Virus record (IMG/VR): IMGVR_UViG_3300013120_000738
Location: 1 to 64,000 of that record
Reading direction: 5' to 3' (one strand)
DNA: 64,000 bases
In this document: one piece after another, positions 9,731 to 19,121 of the stretch
Position numbering within the stretch: position 1 is the first letter of the stretch
Layout: each line of letters begins with the position of its first letter
Translations under genes and position numbers: made by a program
Notes under the pieces: model-generated
The model's database searches: none
Told to the model about the DNA's origin: nothing
Seen by the model: the letters and a program-made list of their open reading frames with translations, nothing else

Positions 9731-10055
9731 CCTCCTCCGACTCATCAGGAACCGGTTCAATATGGAGATTTATCTTCCCCTGAAAGAAAATCTTCATTAA
9801 ATCAAGTGCCGTTGCCCCACCTATTCCAGCTAGCCCACTCACGGCTAACAAAAATGGTATATTTCCTTTGCCTTCAAAGTAATTATACCACATTAAAGCA
9901 ACAATTAATCCAATGATTCCACTATATAAGATAGACGATAAGACGGATCTGAGATTCAGATCTTCTTTACCTCTCAGTAAAGCTGCTAGTCCTCCAAGAG
10001 CTGCGACGCCGAAGGCCGACATGAAGACTAGTATATGAGTAAGAGTCCACACCAT
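9705..10055 (-). CDS. Putative holin (LydA-like, 3 TM)
   Basis: Small protein with three hydrophobic segments, GGLAA and GLAGIGGATALD patterns, and an acidic C-tail. Confidence 0.65.
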   Translation of the reverse strand: MVWTLTHILVFMSAFGVAALGGLAALLRGKEDLNLRSVLSSILYSGIIGLIVALMWYNYFEGKGNIPFLLAVSGLAGIGGATALDLMKIFFQGKINLHIEPVPDESEEDDEPNDDT

Positions 10056-10089
10056 AAGTTAACCCAGTCATAAGTTAACCCAGTCATAA
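10053..10089. repeat. Perfect 16-bp tandem duplication at the holin translation start
   Basis: cataagttaacccagt x2 plus cataa. Confidence 0.9.
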
Positions 10090-10090
10090 A

Positions 10091-10582
10091 TTATCCTACA
10101 CAAGCATGAAGGCACAAACCATACACGAAAAGCCCAAACAAACTAAGTATGATACACCAAAAGAACACACACCTCCAAAACCTAATTTTCCTCTCCTTCA
10201 GCAACAGATAAGCTTGAACAATAAGGGCATTTCCTATAAATTGCATATTCCCTTGACCCTTCCATAGGTATGTCAATGCTCCTGCATTATTAGCTTCCAG
10301 AATTAACTCAAGCTCTTCACTACCTGAAAAGACGACAACAGGGGGACTTTTATGTCGTCTATATCTAATATATTCAATAGTTTGTTTAGGTGTTGAATCT
10401 GGCAGATTCAGATCTAACAAAATCAAATCTGCATGTCTTTCACGTCCATGTGCATCATGTAGAGTACTAACAACCTCCAATGATATCAACTTATTCTTAT
10501 CATTGTGTTCTAATACTCGCTGCATTAGAGCGATATCGACTTGTAAGTCCTCGACCCACAATATCTTCATCGATTTCATCAT
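10091..10582 (-). CDS. Response-regulator receiver domain with C-terminal TM helix
   Basis: KILWVED, LILLDLNLPD (phospho-Asp), VVFSG, YLWK; C-terminal hydrophobic FFWCIILSLFGLFVYGLC. Confidence 0.85.
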   Translation of the reverse strand: MMKSMKILWVEDLQVDIALMQRVLEHNDKNKLISLEVVSTLHDAHGRERHADLILLDLNLPDSTPKQTIEYIRYRRHKSPPVVVFSGSEELELILEANNAGALTYLWKGQGNMQFIGNALIVQAYLLLKERKIRFWRCVFFWCIILSLFGLFVYGLCLHACVG

Positions 10583-10607
10583 AGTCTCCTAAAGTGAGCT
10601 AGGAGCA

Positions 10608-11474
10608 TCATGATATCGTAAGAACAAATTTCCTGCTCACCCTAGTCGAACCATTCGGCAGCGTCAAAGTGATGTAATACCTATATGTCCCCTTTAAAAA
10701 ACGAGACGTGTTGAGATCATACTGGACTACCCACGGATTTGACCTATACGATCCTTGTCTGATACCAATCCTACATGCCTCAGCATCGGCAAGCAATTCA
10801 TTGTGCTGAGTTTCTATCGTGATAGTCGGCTGCAAAAATGGAATGATAGGATTAACAAGATTGAAATTATAATCATACAAAGGCAAAGGCATAAGCCCAA
10901 CCTCAAGAGGCCTCGCCTCAGGTGTATGAAATTTCTGATCTAGTGGTTCAAAACCAAACCGAATAGTCTGTAACCGATCGTCGCAAAACCATTCTTCTGG
11001 ATAAACCCAAAACCGATGACAACACCTTAATAACAATGGGTCATAGGTGTCCTCATCCATATCACAATCTGTAGCATCCGTACCTAACGCTCCACAAGGA
11101 TTATCGGCGAAATAGTACCAAACATCAAAATAGACATCAGGTACTTCAAAGTCCTCTGAAATAGCATAGGGAAGGTGATATCTGCCAGCTACCGGTGTAT
11201 CATCCTCTGATGGCTCTGTGCAGCAGTCGCCAGCTTCAGAAGCTATCTCATGGCGACAAATTGGAGATGGGTATAGAGGATCATCGAGATCAACAACAGG
11301 CACAGTAGCCACCAAATTATGTGGAACCACCGATGACTTATAGATCTCAATTTGCCTGATAGCGTATGGATCAGTTAATACCCCATTCTTTCGGAAATCC
11401 ACGTTTAGATCAACCACACTGCCTCTTCTGGCAGAGATTCGTGGATACGCACCAGTAAGCTGTGCACATGTCAT
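10608..11474 (-). CDS. Putative virion structural protein
   Basis: Beta-rich acidic ORF in the tail operon; SD GGGAG before ATG 11474. Confidence 0.55.
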   Translation of the reverse strand: MTCAQLTGAYPRISARRGSVVDLNVDFRKNGVLTDPYAIRQIEIYKSSVVPHNLVATVPVVDLDDPLYPSPICRHEIASEAGDCCTEPSEDDTPVAGRYHLPYAISEDFEVPDVYFDVWYYFADNPCGALGTDATDCDMDEDTYDPLLLRCCHRFWVYPEEWFCDDRLQTIRFGFEPLDQKFHTPEARPLEVGLMPLPLYDYNFNLVNPIIPFLQPTITIETQHNELLADAEACRIGIRQGSYRSNPWVVQYDLNTSRFLKGTYRYYITLTLPNGSTRVSRKFVLTIS

Positions 11475-11524
11475 ACCACACACTCCCTAAAAGCTATAAT
11501 ATCTTTGATGTGTGGTGATGCAGA

Positions 11525-11737
11525 CTATCGTCGACGCACAGAAGGCATAGACGGTATAGATGGGCGAGGAATATGTGGGAGAGAATGCGAACCCATTTGT
11601 CGCTTTTCCCTATCGGCCCTCTCCTTGAACTCCCTCTCAAGCCTTTTCATATACCAATTTCTATCCTCGGCCGTCATATTATCCTGTTCGAATATATCAA
11701 GATTACCATAATGCTTTAATTGGAACTGCTGTTCCAT
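11525..11737 (-). CDS. gp51-like tail/baseplate assembly protein (possible frameshift extension of 11766-12845)
   Basis: DNMTAEDRNWYMKRL resembles the gp51-type NMxPxERxxYxxLL motif; no suitably spaced SD. Confidence 0.55.
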   Translation of the reverse strand: MEQQFQLKHYGNLDIFEQDNMTAEDRNWYMKRLEREFKERADREKRQMGSHSLPHIPRPSIPSMPSVRRR

Positions 11738-11765
11738 AATATTATTATATAGACGGTCATACTCC

Positions 11766-12845
11766 TCACTGCTCTGTCGGGCGAAAAAAGTTTTCTGTTA
11801 TCGGCAACTCCACTTTAAAATCAGTCTCACAATCGGGGCACGTCACCGCAACAGTATTATCAATACCAGGAGTATTCTCACGCAACCATTCTCTGATTGC
11901 CGTAGTATCTCGCCCGTGTAACTTCCCAATAAAATTCCTAATAGTAAAGAGATCACTCTCCCCCATCACATTGACAATAATCTTCTCAAGATTATCAGTT
12001 ATAGTATCATCAAGTTCTTGTTGTTGAGCTGCACCACCTCCCCCAGCTCCACGACCATACTTCAGCGGGTTAGTCTTAACATTACCAGGTCTTGCGTACG
12101 ACTTCTTCTTGAATTTCCTTTTACCAAGCATCTCATTAGCATCCTTGGCACGTAGGAATCGCACACCAACCCAGAATTCTTTCTTGGTTACTTTACTGAA
12201 ATATGGTAATATGACCTTAAACGGTTCTGAACCCAGAGAATTATTAGCCCAGACTATGGTTTGAGCTAGTTCATTAAGATCATATATGTGTGTATTGGTC
12301 GCATTGCAGGTCACATTCGGGCATGTTACTGCAAATTCGTATAGATTACCATAAGTAATACCACGCAGGAAATAAAGTAGAAAAACTCTATCACCCAACA
12401 ATAAGTCCGTGGCATCAAATTCATCTGGGAACTGGCAGCATTCCTTGAACAGATAATCTATCGATTGGCCACTCTGTGCCAGCCTTTGTGTAGCCAAGAC
12501 TTTCTCGGCGGTTTGGCCCATCGCTTTTACCATGATGATACCATCTGACCATCCGTAGTACATTCCTCTACTTGGAAGATGGCATTCTTCCCATGGTATA
12601 AGTTGTTCTTCTGAGGCCTGTAGTACTCGATTGAGTACTTCTCTAGAGGTGAGTTCTTCGTCTTGGAGCCCTAGGTCACCAACCCGTTCATCCATTTTGT
12701 TTACTTGATCTTCATCAAGTAATTGAGGCCCACCATCAACTGGCATTTTAGGTTCATCGGGACCATTGATGTTTAATTCCTCTTCGGGAGGAGCAGCACC
12801 ATCAGGAAGATTGTCTTCCGATTCAGGAATCTTTTCGTCGGCCAT
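11766..12845 (-). CDS. gp26-like baseplate hub/tail assembly chaperone
   Basis: LPSRGMYY, DLLLGDRVFLLYFLR, two CP..C zinc motifs, ends ...NFFRP; follows the tube genes. Confidence 0.75.
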   Translation of the reverse strand: MADEKIPESEDNLPDGAAPPEEELNINGPDEPKMPVDGGPQLLDEDQVNKMDERVGDLGLQDEELTSREVLNRVLQASEEQLIPWEECHLPSRGMYYGWSDGIIMVKAMGQTAEKVLATQRLAQSGQSIDYLFKECCQFPDEFDATDLLLGDRVFLLYFLRGITYGNLYEFAVTCPNVTCNATNTHIYDLNELAQTIVWANNSLGSEPFKVILPYFSKVTKKEFWVGVRFLRAKDANEMLGKRKFKKKSYARPGNVKTNPLKYGRGAGGGGAAQQQELDDTITDNLEKIIVNVMGESDLFTIRNFIGKLHGRDTTAIREWLRENTPGIDNTVAVTCPDCETDFKVELPITENFFRPTEQ

Positions 12846-12925
12846 ATATTATCCCCTTATTTGTATCTTATGTACTTCAGATGATATAGAAAGCGTTAAC
12901 TATAGATTGGATATAATAAGAGGCG

Positions 12926-13486
12926 CTATTCAGGCGGTAATTCTTCCGCCCAATCATATGCTACAGTGACTTCTACAGTTTTGACGTCACTATTAGTATA
13001 GGTCATTTCTCCATGTCGTATAACTTTTGGCCAACTACCATTTAGTAGCCATCCCTGTACTGATTTACCAGTCGGGAGGAAAGTCTCTAGATGTGATTGT
13101 TTCTTATATTCACTAGCAACTTTCAGGCCTTTCATAGATGTCCATATAGTCTCGCGCCATTCCTTTAAGTATTGTAACATTCCTACTGTATCATACCATG
13201 TTACTTTAATATCATCCCATGTAACACTCTTTGCCCATTTATATTCTAGGCTCGCCCCAAGAACCGTTTCTTGGTTGACAGTAAATGTAGGAAGTGTCAT
13301 ATCCTTAAGATGGATAAGAGCACTTCTAGCTCCAGGTGGGCTTTCTAATGTGTCTTCAAAGATTTTGAAGATTTCCCACATATAAATATAGTAGTATTCT
13401 GACTCAGAAGGTACGTGCTTCGAACTATCGGGCACTGTCATGCCACCAACAGGATCAGCAAAGCCTTGTACAGCAAATCCTGGCAT
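12926..13486 (-). CDS. Tail tube-like protein (gp19/gp54 family paralogue)
   Basis: MPGF start, LPTF, W.DI.VTWYD, GSWP...GEMTY...V.V..D.A. Confidence 0.75.
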   Translation of the reverse strand: MPGFAVQGFADPVGGMTVPDSSKHVPSESEYYYIYMWEIFKIFEDTLESPPGARSALIHLKDMTLPTFTVNQETVLGASLEYKWAKSVTWDDIKVTWYDTVGMLQYLKEWRETIWTSMKGLKVASEYKKQSHLETFLPTGKSVQGWLLNGSWPKVIRHGEMTYTNSDVKTVEVTVAYDWAEELPPE

Positions 13487-13487
13487 A

Positions 13488-14096
13488 TTATCCCTCCCTC
13501 TCCCTTGCCTTATTGAAGCGGAGAGTAACTGTTATATCTGCTATATCTGTATCAGCATAGGATAAATCTGATGGGGTCACTTTAGATGGCCAACAATCCA
13601 TCAATTCATATTGCCATATATATTTTGCTTCACCATCAAGCATTGCTAATTTGCATAATCTATAATAGTCTTTTGGTACATTATGCGTGCTAGTCCTAAG
13701 GTCAAGAATTGATTTACTATTTCTAGGATCTCCAGCCCACCAGTCATATATCAACATTGCTGGACTATCTTCACCAGCGCTGTTTACAACCTCATAGAAT
13801 GAGACTTCTACAGGTTTCCATCTATTTTTACCGGGTCTATAAATTTCATCTTGAGCACTATGTATAGTTATTTCATCGAATTCTGGGGTGGGTCTACTGC
13901 ATTTATACGCATAGACCAGCAATGATTGCCAGTCTAATGATGAACCACCAAGAGATTGAGCTGCAAATATTTCCCAAATATATCTATGTTTTCTAGCGGA
14001 TTCTGTTATATAGGAAGGAGGGTCGTACGGGGGTTTGCCCTCTAAGCCCGGTGGGGCACAGTCTGAGTCAGGTGCTGGTATATTAAAGCCTGGCAT
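13488..14096 (-). CDS. Tail tube-like protein (paralogue)
   Basis: MPGF start, SRPT..F, RPGKNRWKPV.VSFY, DCWP..VTPSDLSY. Confidence 0.75.
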   Translation of the reverse strand: MPGFNIPAPDSDCAPPGLEGKPPYDPPSYITESARKHRYIWEIFAAQSLGGSSLDWQSLLVYAYKCSRPTPEFDEITIHSAQDEIYRPGKNRWKPVEVSFYEVVNSAGEDSPAMLIYDWWAGDPRNSKSILDLRTSTHNVPKDYYRLCKLAMLDGEAKYIWQYELMDCWPSKVTPSDLSYADTDIADITVTLRFNKAREREG

Positions 14097-14123
14097 ATCA
14101 TATGTACAACCCAAACACCTGCA

Positions 14124-14726
14124 CTACATTCCAGGCGGGCATGCAGGAGTAACCGGCTCGTTAGTAGCACTGTTCTGGCAGCTACGAATCGCACGATCGT
14201 ACCGCATCGTCGCTTCGATGGTCATCAGATCGGTTGAGGTGTAATCAAGCTCTTGCCAATTGATTTCAGCTGGCCATGTACCATATAGCTCCCATCTCTC
14301 AGAGACAGCAGTAGCACCCATTCCGCCCACTAAGGCCATACCGCCGACCATAGCAAGCTGGGCAAACTTCTTATACTTTTCAGGATGTGCCACCTGAATA
14401 GTCGTCATATTTACTACTGTTTCCAGCCAGTAATAAATATCCGCAGATATATCGGGTTTCTGTTCCCCATCATACCATACCAGAGTAATCGGGTCCCAGT
14501 CTTGCTTACCAGCAAAACGGACCACTTCCTGATTATGGTGCATTTCAGGCTGTTCGAACTTGAAGCTAGGTCTTGAGGCAGACTGCAGCATCAGTCGAGA
14601 TATGGTGGAAAATGGCGTACCTTCACCACGTAGAATAACCTCGAAAACCCACCGATGCTTACGGCGGACTTCCATGGTGTTGGGCACTCCGCCACCGCCA
14701 ATGCCATTCACATTGAAACCAGGCAT
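14124..14726 (-). CDS. Major tail tube protein (T4 gp19-like)
   Basis: ASRPSF, FAGKQDWDPITL.WYD, GTWP...ELDY...ATMRYD; directly after the sheath gene; host-like codon usage. Confidence 0.85.
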   Translation of the reverse strand: MPGFNVNGIGGGGVPNTMEVRRKHRWVFEVILRGEGTPFSTISRLMLQSASRPSFKFEQPEMHHNQEVVRFAGKQDWDPITLVWYDGEQKPDISADIYYWLETVVNMTTIQVAHPEKYKKFAQLAMVGGMALVGGMGATAVSERWELYGTWPAEINWQELDYTSTDLMTIEATMRYDRAIRSCQNSATNEPVTPACPPGM

Positions 14727-14736
14727 GTTTTACTCC

Positions 14737-17598
14737 TTAGGAAACAATACCACCTGCCGCCAAGACTTCTTCTGCCGAGAAGCTAGCACCAGTTCGCATT
14801 ATGACTAAGTTAAGGACGATAAATTCAACCGTCCTCGTCGGCTGCAAGAACACTGATACCCACAACTCGTTACGATCTATACGTTCAGGTGTATTATTGG
14901 TCTGATCACAAACCACCTTAAAAGCCTGCAGACCACGCCGAGCCTTGATATCACCAAGGAATGGGTTGATCGAAGCCTCGACCTGTCGCCACAAGACAGC
15001 GTCATTCGGCTCAAAGATGAAGTTTCTTAGCAACTGGATCAGATTCTTCTTGATGAAGATCAAAAGCATTCTGACATTTACACGATCCAGAGCTGATTGT
15101 GTTCTTTGAAGCGTTCGCTGGCCCCAAACGGTAATACCGTCTTGCGGGAACTTCACGATCGGGTTCACCGCATTACCAGAACCATATAGCAGATCCCGCT
15201 CACCCATGGCCGGTGTGTATTCAACATCCAACGCCGTGAGCAATCTACCACGTTTCAGACCAGCAGGAGCGAACCATTGTTCCGTGTCTCTCGCAGTCCT
15301 CGAGAAAACTGCAGAAACATGACCGCTAGGCGGCACCCACATCTCAGCAGCCGAGAACTGATCAAAGATCCGCAGCCAACCCCAGTATAGAGCACCGTAG
15401 CTGCTATTGATGGCAGCCCTGAGGTCTGATAGCAACATCCCATTATGCCAGTCAACAACCTGTTGCGGTCTCAGGCCAAACGGCGGATCGACAATGTACA
15501 GTACATCGCCACGGCTCTCACAAATCTGCAAAGCCGTCCCGATTACAGCACCAGTCGAGAAGCCAGGAGTAACCAACAGGTTAATGTCGATCGTCTCAGG
15601 ATTCTGGAATGCGTACAGACCAGTCGATGTCGCTGGATTTCCTATGACTGCCGCATCCAATTCACTTGAGTATGCGGGGTCAGTAGGAACACCATTGGCT
15701 TGACCAGCATATTCCCTCATGTTGAACTGCGAGGGTAGGCGTACCACAAATGTCGAAAGATCATTGACATTGTTTTCTAGGAACGCCGGACGCTCTTCCC
15801 AGTTTAGGTAGTTATTACCATTAGTACCACCAAGGGTCGTCCCAGGATTGATAACGTTGCCGATATACCTGGCATCTCTCTTATCGAAGGTGATATCTTC
15901 GACAACGTCCAAGGGCTGATCATTCGCATCGTAAAGCGTCAGCTTATATCGCCCAGAAAGATCACCAACACCATCGGTGAAGGCTTCCAGGGTCACAGAG
16001 AAATCATCAACCCACGTTCCAGGGCTCGTCGCTACCAACCATCCAACGATCCCTTGGAAGTACGCCGTATCGCTGACGCACTCGTCACTTAGAGGATCAT
16101 CCTCACAGCTCAATGGGCTTGATGGAGTTACCTCTCCAGCATCCGGCAATTCCGTTCGGCTATCGAAGAAACCACGGTAAGCTCGTTTATATGGGTATGG
16201 AATATTCACCTCTTCGGCGAATCGTAACGTCTTGAGATTCGAGTAACTCGCCCGCATTATCAGAGTGTCTAATTGGCGACCAACAGAGGTCACGATTACA
16301 ACGTGAGTAGTACCGCCTGGGACAGTAAGTTCAAAAGAGTCCCATAGGACTTCACCCGCTACGACACCCGCACCATCAATGCTCGCGGCTACCGATGCAG
16401 TAGTCTGATCAAGGCCTACTGGTACGTTGAATTCCTCAATTTGTGATGTTGCTTCACCAAGCAATTCCATCTTGACGCGGTTCTTTTGAGTCGTAATATC
16501 ATAAGGACCGGCATCAAGACCTAACAAGTAGGATCGAGGAATATCCCAAGCGTATTGAGTGGTACCTACCTCTAGAGCGAATGCTTCGGTACCAGTCAGT
16601 TGGATTCGTTCACCAGCAACCGATGTCCTGATCTGGGGAACCGTCGTCGAACCATCTTCCAGAGTATACTCAACAAAGATGTAATCTGATTCCACTGCAG
16701 CAGTCAGAACAGCATTTGCCGCGTTAACAAATGCTTGTACGGTCGTGTAGGAGGCTGCGGGCATTTGATAGGTGCCATTACTAACACCTTCAACCTCAAC
16801 AGTAAAATCTCTGTTGTCCGGAGCCACGCTGAACATAAAGGTGTCATTCTCGTCCAGGACACCACCGGTGACTACCACTCTGACATACAGACCATCGCCG
16901 ATACGAATGTTTTGCGATGTACCGTTGTCGTCATCATCAACCAGAGTACCTTCTGCGACAACCTCACCATCACTATTCCTGACGATCTCAAAACCGGCAC
17001 CGTCAACTGGAGCTCCAGCTGAGACAGAAGGAGCCGAAGTGATGATCATCACAAAAGAATCATCGACTGAACCGGTATAAGTACCAGTAATTGTCAGCGT
17101 AGCGGTGGTAGCACCATATGTGCTCGATACTTCAACGTCGCTGTAATCGACAGCACTTGTTGATGCGTCATGGAAGGTATACGGTTCGGCATTATCGCCG
17201 ATACCATCACCAATCTCTCTTAGTGTTAGTCGACCATAATCGATACCAGTGAAAAGAGGTATTCTACCCCATCCTTTTCCACGACCTCCTGAGGTATCAA
17301 TGCAGATGTCGTCTAAGGCAGCTACTTGGCCCGTCTCGCATTCCACACCAACACGCATAGCATAGCATTCTGCACCTTCCTCCATGAATGAGAGGATGGC
17401 GTACATGAAATAACTTTCTGGGAACGGTTCGCCAAAAGCATCCAGAGCTAATTGAGCATTAGCGAGCAACAGTGGCTCATTCATAGGACCTTTGTTAGCT
17501 GTACCGATGAAAGCTGGGCGCAGAGGCCCAATAGCAGCCGGTAGAACACTAAGGTCTATTTCTCGCGGGAAGACGCCCGGACTGAGGTATACTGCCAT
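14737..17598 (-). CDS. Tail sheath protein (T4 gp18-like) with inserted domains
   Basis: MAVYLSPGVFPREIDLS start, WFAPAG..RG, NPIV.FP..G..VWGQRTLQ, RVNVR; 953 aa. Confidence 0.95.
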   Translation of the reverse strand: MAVYLSPGVFPREIDLSVLPAAIGPLRPAFIGTANKGPMNEPLLLANAQLALDAFGEPFPESYFMYAILSFMEEGAECYAMRVGVECETGQVAALDDICIDTSGGRGKGWGRIPLFTGIDYGRLTLREIGDGIGDNAEPYTFHDASTSAVDYSDVEVSSTYGATTATLTITGTYTGSVDDSFVMIITSAPSVSAGAPVDGAGFEIVRNSDGEVVAEGTLVDDDDNGTSQNIRIGDGLYVRVVVTGGVLDENDTFMFSVAPDNRDFTVEVEGVSNGTYQMPAASYTTVQAFVNAANAVLTAAVESDYIFVEYTLEDGSTTVPQIRTSVAGERIQLTGTEAFALEVGTTQYAWDIPRSYLLGLDAGPYDITTQKNRVKMELLGEATSQIEEFNVPVGLDQTTASVAASIDGAGVVAGEVLWDSFELTVPGGTTHVVIVTSVGRQLDTLIMRASYSNLKTLRFAEEVNIPYPYKRAYRGFFDSRTELPDAGEVTPSSPLSCEDDPLSDECVSDTAYFQGIVGWLVATSPGTWVDDFSVTLEAFTDGVGDLSGRYKLTLYDANDQPLDVVEDITFDKRDARYIGNVINPGTTLGGTNGNNYLNWEERPAFLENNVNDLSTFVVRLPSQFNMREYAGQANGVPTDPAYSSELDAAVIGNPATSTGLYAFQNPETIDINLLVTPGFSTGAVIGTALQICESRGDVLYIVDPPFGLRPQQVVDWHNGMLLSDLRAAINSSYGALYWGWLRIFDQFSAAEMWVPPSGHVSAVFSRTARDTEQWFAPAGLKRGRLLTALDVEYTPAMGERDLLYGSGNAVNPIVKFPQDGITVWGQRTLQRTQSALDRVNVRMLLIFIKKNLIQLLRNFIFEPNDAVLWRQVEASINPFLGDIKARRGLQAFKVVCDQTNNTPERIDRNELWVSVFLQPTRTVEFIVLNLVIMRTGASFSAEEVLAAGGIVS

Positions 17599-17656
17599 GA
17601 TGGGTACTCCCAAATCATCAAATTTCCATCTTCATGGGTATATTTGCCGAGATGAA

Positions 17657-17914
17657 CTAGGGATTTACTACCGCTTCAGCGTCTTCAGCTTCCTGACTAT
17701 CATAAATGACCCTAATCATCCGACGTTTCTGAAGGTTCTCGATCTGTTCCCACCGGAGGTGGCTGTGAGGAAGGAGAGTGTCCTGACCAGGTGCTAATCG
17801 CACCTGTGATTCACCAGTGTAGAAATCAGCTCCAGGTGGTCTGACCTGGAGAGGAATCATCTGTGTACCACAATTGTAGAGCCTCACCATTCGTGACTTT
17901 TCGGCCTTTGCCAT
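17657..17914 (-). CDS. Small tail-operon protein
   Basis: Lies between the gp15-like and sheath genes; paralogous to 44437-44667. Confidence 0.65.
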   Translation of the reverse strand: MAKAEKSRMVRLYNCGTQMIPLQVRPPGADFYTGESQVRLAPGQDTLLPHSHLRWEQIENLQKRRMIRVIYDSQEAEDAEAVVNP

Positions 17915-17973
17915 TGTCTAGTCTCCATTTCTGATCGTAGTTTGAAGCATACTTCCAATATCTACCGGGGGTA

Positions 17974-18846
17974 TCAATCACTAACAGTCTGAGTAGGTTC
18001 ATACCATAGATTACCACCAGCCCCAACCGATTGTGACTTAGAAGCAAGTAGTATATTACTAACCCGCTCCTTAAGCACTACAGTCCTACCAAGTACGGTC
18101 TTGACAATCTTCTCGGGCAACGGCAACCAAGCTTCAGCAGTACAATTAAATTCATAGCGTACTCTAGCAAGTTGATCAAACCCCGCCTCTTTATCACTTG
18201 CATCAGTAGAGCCGCCAAAACGTATTTGTACGCCACCCTCCAACTTGCCATCGAACATAATGAACTCAGCAAGCGGATTAAAACGTGTTAGCACTTGATA
18301 TAATATATACTCTGCATCCCTCTTACGTTCTGCCCAAATTATCAAATTATACTCAACAAGCCACGGAGTAGGCCGAAACACTAAAGCAATCTGATCATAT
18401 TGCTTGCTCAAATATCTCCCGGTCATAGCACCATATGGAGGACTATACTTCTCTGGATTGAATTCATGGCTCTCACGGCTTACCGCCGCCACAGGCAACC
18501 TAGCCCTACCCTCTTTCAGCTCATCAGCCCAAATCATAAGGCTCTTATCGCCACCAGCAACTTTCACCCGCATAAAACGATAATTGTCTTTAGTAGGCAC
18601 TCTTATACCAGACCAATATTGCTTCATAGCATAGTCTAGCGACCTAAACCCAGGAATTAAGAATTCCTCTAAATGTTCAGGATAGGATAGAAAATCAGTA
18701 CCATCAAACGGATTTCTACCGCCCTCGACATGACTAAGCTGCCTGACTGCAGGGACTTCACCAAGCCCAAACGGTACCTCCGTAGGCGGTGTTCGAAGTT
18801 TCTCACCCCTGACTGAGAAGTCAGCATCAAAATCATATACTGGCAT
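17974..18846 (-). CDS. Tail terminator / sheath stabiliser (gp15-like)
   Basis: P...EY.L.IW......A..I..Q+L..F.P pattern; position upstream of the sheath gene. Confidence 0.7.
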   Translation of the reverse strand: MPVYDFDADFSVRGEKLRTPPTEVPFGLGEVPAVRQLSHVEGGRNPFDGTDFLSYPEHLEEFLIPGFRSLDYAMKQYWSGIRVPTKDNYRFMRVKVAGGDKSLMIWADELKEGRARLPVAAVSRESHEFNPEKYSPPYGAMTGRYLSKQYDQIALVFRPTPWLVEYNLIIWAERKRDAEYILYQVLTRFNPLAEFIMFDGKLEGGVQIRFGGSTDASDKEAGFDQLARVRYEFNCTAEAWLPLPEKIVKTVLGRTVVLKERVSNILLASKSQSVGAGGNLWYEPTQTVSD

Positions 18847-19121
18847 TAACTTGCCTTCACTAACTCAATAAGTGCAAATGGTGGTCCGAGTTCTTTCAAT
18901 CGTGCTACAACTTTCGCCCTATCCTCCTCCGATTTGAATTCGTAAGTATGGGTTCTCTCCCTCTCCTTCCAATCAGTCTCTCTGCGCACAGCACTTGGTA
19001 CAGTTTTAGTGACTTCTCCAACAGCAGCCTTCTCAATTAAATTGAAAAATGCTGCATGGTCATTACTAATCTTATTTCTAAGATCACCAAGGGACCCGCA
19101 TTCTACCTTATCAGCCATCAA
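18846..19121 (-). CDS. Hypothetical protein
   Basis: ORF coupled to its neighbours. Confidence 0.55.
   Translation of the reverse strand: MMADKVECGSLGDLRNKISNDHAAFFNLIEKAAVGEVTKTVPSAVRRETDWKERERTHTYEFKSEEDRAKVVARLKELGPPFALIELVKAS

Noticed and set aside
10053-10089. Short direct repeats (also 33668-33727 and 56597-56654) as CRISPR arrays
   Set aside because: Units are directly tandem with no spacers and no cas genes are present
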